A stretch of 63,972 nt of DNA, the filler included, from Klebsormidium nitens (lineage: Eukaryota > Plantae > Klebsormidiophyceae), in assembly GCA_000708835.1 (NCBI GenBank). It is 4 parts of 4 records of this genome, joined end to end, with 100 filler letters (N's around TTAATTAATTAA, not from the genome) between each part and the next. Parts side by side here need not be neighbours in the genome. Positions count along the whole stretch, not along the records: positions 35,381 to 61,069 come from DF237834.1; positions 61,170 to 63,972 come from DF238191.1; 2 more parts are not named here. One strand, 5' to 3'. The notes beneath the pieces are model-generated. The model searched no databases and was not told the DNA's origin. It worked only from the letters and a program-made list of their open reading frames with translations. The position numbers and the translations under genes are program-made. This document shows, one piece after another, positions 58,418 through 63,972 of this stretch. Within the stretch, counting starts at the first letter, position 1; each line of letters opens with the position of its first letter.

Positions 58418-60856
58418 CTACCACCACCATGCCTTTCCAACTTTCAAGTGCTTTTTAGCAATGCCATCGCCCTGCGCAGCAGCTTTTGAAAGCCACGCCT
58501 TTGCCTGCACCAGATCTTTTCCCACTCCTATACCATTTTGATAGCACAAACCTAAGAGAGATTGCCCTTTCACATTTCCTTGTTCTGCGGCTCTTCGGTA
58601 CCACAGCACTGCCTTGCCACTATCTTTGTCCACGCCCTTCCCTTCAGCATACCAAAGCCCTAAAGCCAGTTGTGCTTCTGGTTTCCCTCCGTTAGCGGCC
58701 TCATGATACCAATACACTGCCTCCTTCGTGTTCTTTTGAAAAGGGGAGTAGCCGTCAGCATAGCCCTTGCCGACGGCATATTGAGCGTCTACATTGCCAT
58801 TTTTGGCGGCCCTCAGAAACCAGTACAGCGCCTTTGAATCACTCCTGCTCACACCTTCGCCCTTGGAGTACAACACACCCAAAGCATATTCAGCATTTGA
58901 AAACCCTTGCACTGCGGCTTGCTGAAAATACCGCAGAGCCTCTGTGGCATTCTTATGAATGCCCGCATCTTCGCGATAATGGACGCCCAGCCGATACTGT
59001 GCATCAGAGGCTCCTTGGTCGGCGGCCTTCTGGTACCAAGCAATGGCCTCCGTCAGGTTTGATTCGACACCCCAACCATTTTCGTGACAAGTGCCCAAAT
59101 TTACTTGTGCCATTGCGTTGCCCTGGTTGGCAGCCCTTCTGAACCAAGCCAACGCCTTTGAGGGATTTGCATAAACCCCCCATCCCTTCATGTAGCAAAC
59201 GCCCAAAAGTTGTTGTGCCTCCGCAAGGCCCCGCTTAGCAGCCCTGCTGAAGCAAGCCGCTGCCTTCAAAAGATCCTTGTGCACACCAGAACCCTTGAAG
59301 TAGCACGCGCCTAGTTGGAACTGTGCCTCTGCAAGGCCCTGATCAGCAGCCCTCATGAAGCAAGCGGCCGCCTTTGCAGCATCATTACGGTCAACCCATC
59401 CTTGCATGTAGGAGAGGCCTAACTTGAACTGTGCCTTTGCATGGCCTTGATCAGCAGCCACCCGGAACCAATTCACTGCCTCTGAGACATCCTTCCGCTC
59501 ACCCCATCCGTCCAATAAGCAGACGCCAAGCTTGAACTGTGCCTCCGCAACTCCCTGGCTGGCGGCCCTTCTGAACCAAGCCACCGCCTCTGAGGCATCC
59601 TCGTCTACACCCCACCCGGTCTCATAGCAGACGCCTACCTTGAACTGTGCCTCCGGAAGGCCTTGAAGTGCAGCCTTCTGATACCAAATCAAAGCATTCG
59701 ATACATTTTTGCCCACAACCCAGCCTCCTTCGTAGCTCAAGCCCAACATATACTGTGCAGCCAACAATCCCTGGTTCGCGGCCTTTTGATACCAAGAGAG
59801 GGCCTCGAAAGGATCTCTACTCACACCCAAACCACCAGCATAACATAGGCCCAACGAGAACTGTGCCTTTGCAACCCCCTGCTCGGCTGCCTTCCGATAG
59901 CACACCGCTTTTTGCTCCGGGTCTCTGCCCTGACACTTGCCAGGATTGGTAGTAGTGCCCAAGTGAACGGCGATCGCAATCACCACAACCACTAGGACCC
60001 CTGTCACCGAAAGAAACGACTTCAGAAAGGCAGACGGCAAAGTCACACGCATCCCCGGACCCGCACTGACTTCGTCAGAACCCCCGACTTGCGGTTCCTT
60101 CTTTGCATCACCGCCCTCCTCGCACACGCTTGGCTCAGACCCCTCCTTGACATGTTCTTCCCGGACCGCCTCCGAGCTTTCCAGCAATGCAATGAGCTGG
60201 TCCAATATAACATCCTCAGCAGCAGCCTTCTTCACATAGTATTCCTCTTGCCCCTCAGCGGCCATTGACATGAGGCGGTGCAACTCCTCATTCTGGTGCT
60301 TGAGCTTTTCCAGGTCCTGCCTGTAAACCTCGACGTCAGCATCTGACACGCACCCCTCCTGTCTCAACTTGTTGACAGTCTTAATAACAGCCGTCGGTTC
60401 ATTCCGCTGCAACTTGGGAAACTCTGCCGCGTCCTCCGGCACTTCTGCAGGATCCGGCTCTCCCACGCCCATCAGGAACTCCAATATGAGGGCTTGCAAA
60501 TCACCGTTCTTCTGCTGTTGAACAAAGTGGATGTCCACCAAGGAATTGGTTATGTCCGTATTCACCTGGATGATATCGTCCATAATGCTCTTGTAATTCA
60601 AAATCCTCGACAGCTTGCTCCCGCAACATTTCAAAAAGATGTTGTGAGCATTCTTAAGGTGAAGTTGGAGGGAAGAGAGGGCTGTGGAGTAGGAATCAAG
60701 CTGTGGTTCCTTGAGGATTGTCTCTACCTGTGGTTTGAGCAACTGGATCCGCGCGTTGAGGTTCTTTCCTTGTATCTTGTGAAACCTGATACCCCTGCTC
60801 GCATCGTTCACCTCCTGAATGAGACTCAAGATCAGGGACGCCGCACTTGCGGCCAT
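58418..60856 (-). CDS. Intronless 812-aa protein: MLKL/MCAfunc/PUB-N-like helical bundle + transmembrane helix + 13 SEL1 repeats
   Basis: Open ORF from the likely ATG at 60856. It has 13 complete 36-37-aa repeats of the form AQF.LG.CY..G.GV..D...A..W+.KAA.QG. A hydrophobic segment FLSVTGVLVVVVIAIAVHLG lies at ~59960-60020. The N-terminal helical pattern resembles four-helix-bundle death domains. Confidence 0.88.
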   Translation of the reverse strand: MAASAASLILSLIQEVNDASRGIRFHKIQGKNLNARIQLLKPQVETILKEPQLDSYSTALSSLQLHLKNAHNIFLKCCGSKLSRILNYKSIMDDIIQVNTDITNSLVDIHFVQQQKNGDLQALILEFLMGVGEPDPAEVPEDAAEFPKLQRNEPTAVIKTVNKLRQEGCVSDADVEVYRQDLEKLKHQNEELHRLMSMAAEGQEEYYVKKAAAEDVILDQLIALLESSEAVREEHVKEGSEPSVCEEGGDAKKEPQVGGSDEVSAGPGMRVTLPSAFLKSFLSVTGVLVVVVIAIAVHLGTTTNPGKCQGRDPEQKAVCYRKAAEQGVAKAQFSLGLCYAGGLGVSRDPFEALSWYQKAANQGLLAAQYMLGLSYEGGWVVGKNVSNALIWYQKAALQGLPEAQFKVGVCYETGWGVDEDASEAVAWFRRAASQGVAEAQFKLGVCLLDGWGERKDVSEAVNWFRVAADQGHAKAQFKLGLSYMQGWVDRNDAAKAAACFMRAADQGLAEAQFQLGACYFKGSGVHKDLLKAAACFSRAAKRGLAEAQQLLGVCYMKGWGVYANPSKALAWFRRAANQGNAMAQVNLGTCHENGWGVESNLTEAIAWYQKAADQGASDAQYRLGVHYREDAGIHKNATEALRYFQQAAVQGFSNAEYALGVLYSKGEGVSRSDSKALYWFLRAAKNGNVDAQYAVGKGYADGYSPFQKNTKEAVYWYHEAANGGKPEAQLALGLWYAEGKGVDKDSGKAVLWYRRAAEQGNVKGQSLLGLCYQNGIGVGKDLVQAKAWLSKAAAQGDGIAKKHLKVGKAWWW

Positions 60857-61069
60857 GCTTGCAATCCACCCTGTGACAGGAGCTCCACATTGAACCGTAC
60901 ATTGACCTCTGCTGCAGCACAAGTGGCTGATACTAGAGTGATAGATTAAAGGGTGAGAAAGTTCAGAATCAGAGTGTCAAAGGAGAGGACTTCGTGAACA
61001 ATTGCCTGGAAAGAGTTTATTAGGATAATCATAATATTAATATTGTAAAGATCAGAGGACTGTCGGAGC

Positions 61070-61169
61070 NNNNNNNNNNNNNNNNNNNNNNNNNNNNNNN
61101 NNNNNNNNNNNNNTTAATTAATTAANNNNNNNNNNNNNNNNNNNNNNNNNNNNNNNNNNNNNNNNNNNN
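61070..61169. other. Assembly gap with artificial linker
   Basis: 44 N + TTAATTAATTAA + 44 N. Confidence 0.97.
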
Positions 61170-61699
61170 CCGCTGCCTGCACTAATGAATCCAGAGGTTC
61201 ACTCAGTGGAGCTCTCAGGGACTTGTAGGGGTTCTGCCCCATTTTGCCTGCGATTGGCCAGCTAATAGGGAATAGACCGTAGAGGCCTCGAGTTTGAATT
61301 CTGTTGCACTCCGCACTTGTATTATTGAGCCTCGATTGTGACGAGTCCCCACCCTGGTGCGGTCGTCAGCTGCGGATCGTGCGAAGTGGTCGGGCGATAT
61401 CTCCGACGAGGGCCGACACGCTTCGGGGAGGCTCTCGGGAAGTCCGACCAAGCGTGCAACCGCCGGAAATGATTGCGGAGCTCTCCGCACCCTGCAAATC
61501 GAGTCTCCGCGGAGACTCCAATGTACGGATTTGTACGGCTCTGCCCTCCTTATATTCAAATGTTTGTTTTCTCTGACGGCGAGGTTTTTGGACCCGCGGG
61601 TTTTAATTCGCGGCCGCGTCTCCTCCTGTCCCTTGTTTAAAGCTGCCGCGTCAGGGACTTCGATTGCGCCCAGCTGTGTTGTTTTACGCAATGTTGTAC

Positions 61700-63800
61700 T
61701 ACTCCCCGACCGCTGCCTGCGGCTCATAGGGGTGTAGCATAACAATGTGGCGCGTCCAGCGCTGCCCATTCTGGTCTTCCAAGTACCGCGACCTGCGCGG
61801 CTTCGTCGAAGAAGTAGGCGAACTTGTAAGGTCCTTCCCACCCTGTATCGAACTTTTGCTCGCGCTTAGCCTATTTCATGATGACCAGCTGTCCCGGTTT
61901 GAGGTTGGCGACCCGGTAGACTCCCCTGTGCTGGCGCCTTTGGTAAGCGGCTTCTGCTCGGACCTGCGAGATGTCCCTGTTCGAGCGGCAGTCGCGCGCA
62001 TATTTGCTTGGTGCGCTTGTCTCAGTAGGATGTTGACTCGCCGGATTCCGCAATTAATTCCCTGCACTGCGGCGTCGAACTCGCGCTCCGCCCTCTCTTC
62101 CCCTTCAGAGGTAGAGGATTGGCTTATCCGGAACCGTGCCACGAGCAGTCGCTCCGCTGGCAGGACCGGCTGTCTTCCGTAGATTATTTCAAACGGAGAC
62201 ATCCTGGTAGCTGTGCGGTAGCACACCCTGATGACCAATAAGGCCTCGTAGATGTGAGAAACCCAGTCAGGTCCGTATTGAATCACCAGCTTGCGGACAT
62301 TCTTGGTGAATATCTTCACCGATGATTCCGCTCCTCCGTTCATCCAGGGAGAGTAGGGGACGATCACCTGCACTTGAGTCCCTATTCGTTGGCAAAGGTT
62401 TTTCACCTCCCCGACGTGTGCGTCGTTGTCCATGCTTATAAGCGCCGGGCAGGCGTGGGCCGCAAAGAGATCCATTTTAAGGAACTCCGCGACTCCCGCA
62501 GACTGCTTGGTCCTTCCCAACCCTGCACCAATCCAGCCGGAGAAGTAGTCGTACCAAATGTAGACGTACTCGTATCCCTCTGTCGTTGGTGGGAATGGCC
62601 CGAGCAAGTCGAAGCCGACTTTCTCAAGGGGTAGGTCCACCTCTGTGCTCGTCAGCTTTCGGCCGTCCGTTCGCTCTGCTGTGGGTTGGTTGGCGAATTG
62701 GCAGCGACGCAGGACTTGATGAAGTCGCGCACGTCCTCGTACATCCTTTCCCGAAGAAGCTTCCTCGTCTTCGGAATAGAGGGGTGCCCTCCCTGATTGT
62801 GTACTTTTTCCAAGAGCATTTGTTTTTCTTCCTCCGTCAAAACGGCACGCCTGCGGACCGGCCCCTGCACTTGATTCTTGCGCTTTGGGGGCGCGTCCAA
62901 TTTCCAAAGCCTGCCTTCTTCGAATAAGAAGCAGCGAGCTCCGTCCCGGATTTGGCGGCGCGCTTCTTTGCGCTGTTTGGCCATCATTTCCTTGAATGCT
63001 GGAAGTTGTCCGCGGCACAGCCAATCTATGACTTCTGCGTTTCCGCACAGGAAGTGCTCCGGTTCGGGCCGGGGAAGGTGCTCCTGGGAGAATGTTTCCA
63101 TCTGGGCGGCGCCGGCTTCGTTGGAGTTGTCCCTAATCCCCTCGCTAGGATTCTGGTCACCCCGAGATAGGAGGTTCTCCCGCACTGCTGCAATCACGTT
63201 CTCCCTGCAGTCTTGCCGCATGTTCAGGATGGCCTTTTTGGCCTCCCTCAGAACCTCCTCTGGGTCCGCATTCGGGCAACTGGTGAGGATCGTTATGGCC
63301 ATTCTTTCCACCAGAATGCTCTCCGCTAAAGGGGTATTTACTCCCCCGTTTCGCAGAAAGTTCCTGCGCCGAGTTCGGACCTGCAGAACGTCAGCATCAA
63401 AGCCATCTGGCTCCGGAAGTTCCGCTTCCCATTCGCGTGTTGCTGCTTCCAGGATTTGTTGTGCGTCCCAGCCAAGGTGCCTGTCCAGGTCTCGTGTCAG
63501 CTATTCTACCATTTCTTCTTCTTCCAGAACCGTGCGTGCCCGAGCCGGGATTCCCGGAAGTCCCTGCATTTGTTCGGGGGGTTCCAAAGTCGTGGTCTCC
63601 CCTGCAAGGATGGTCAAGACCGTGAGCCCTTCCGGAGCCGCCCAATCCTGGAAAGTGATTTCCTCCTCCATGATGAGGAGTTCCTCCTCTTCTTCGAACA
63701 GCTTGCGCGGTTGGAAAGTCATCTCCTCCCGTTCGCTAACGCTGTCTTCTCCGGACTTGTTCTCCCAGTCGCTTGCGCCGTCGTTCACTATTTGTAACGG
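61700..63800 (-). mobile_element. Degenerate Gypsy/Ginger-type DDE integrase element
   Basis: H2C2 zinc region HNQGGHP..KT..FIKSC (ORF 62652-63311). Core GFDLLGPFP, SMDND and MNGGAES plus SPFEIIYGRQP (ORF 61876-63048). LKPGQLVIMK and KFDTGWEGPY (GPY motif) follow frameshifts and a stop. Confidence 0.88.
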
Positions 63801-63972
63801 CGCTAGCTTTCCGAGCCCCTCGCGGGGATCCCCCGGTAGCTATACGCGCGCGGGTCGCGCGGACTAATGTCATTGACGCGCAGTGCGGCCGCGAGTTAAA
63901 CCCCGAGCCAGATCCACCGTCGGATGGCCGGATCCGATTGAATTCAAAACGGACATACTGACTGAGTCTATG

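Noticed and set aside
62878-63867. 329-aa plus-strand ORF
   Set aside because: It is the antisense shadow of the integrase element, Ser/Arg-rich and without motifs.

Overview
Eukaryotic, intron-rich, GC-rich genomic DNA. The gene content and style suggest a streptophyte green alga, such as a Klebsormidium-like charophyte; this is an inference. Two long spliced genes can be assembled exon by exon with open frames: dynamin-related protein DRP5A (minus strand, 17 exons, about 841 aa, one GC-AG intron) and a bacterial-type PEP carboxylase (plus strand, 14 exons, about 1133 aa, ending RNTG). Between and after them lies a transposon- and duplication-rich region. It contains a decayed polyA-tailed non-LTR retrotransposon whose RT-RNaseH-zinc-finger polyprotein ends in an OTU cysteine-protease domain, nested MITE-like repeats, and a head-to-head pair of F-box-like genes with an unrecognised C-terminal domain. 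It also holds a tandem duplication of the PEPC 3' end plus an unknown gene, an MSH2 pseudogene, and a Gypsy/Ginger-type integrase with no RT/RNase H directly upstream. An intronless 812-aa gene combines an MLKL/MCAfunc/PUB-type four-helix bundle, one transmembrane helix and 13 SEL1 repeats, resembling a receptor fused to an executioner domain. There are four assembly gaps, three with an artificial TTAATTAATTAA linker. All homology calls come from motif recognition, not database searches.
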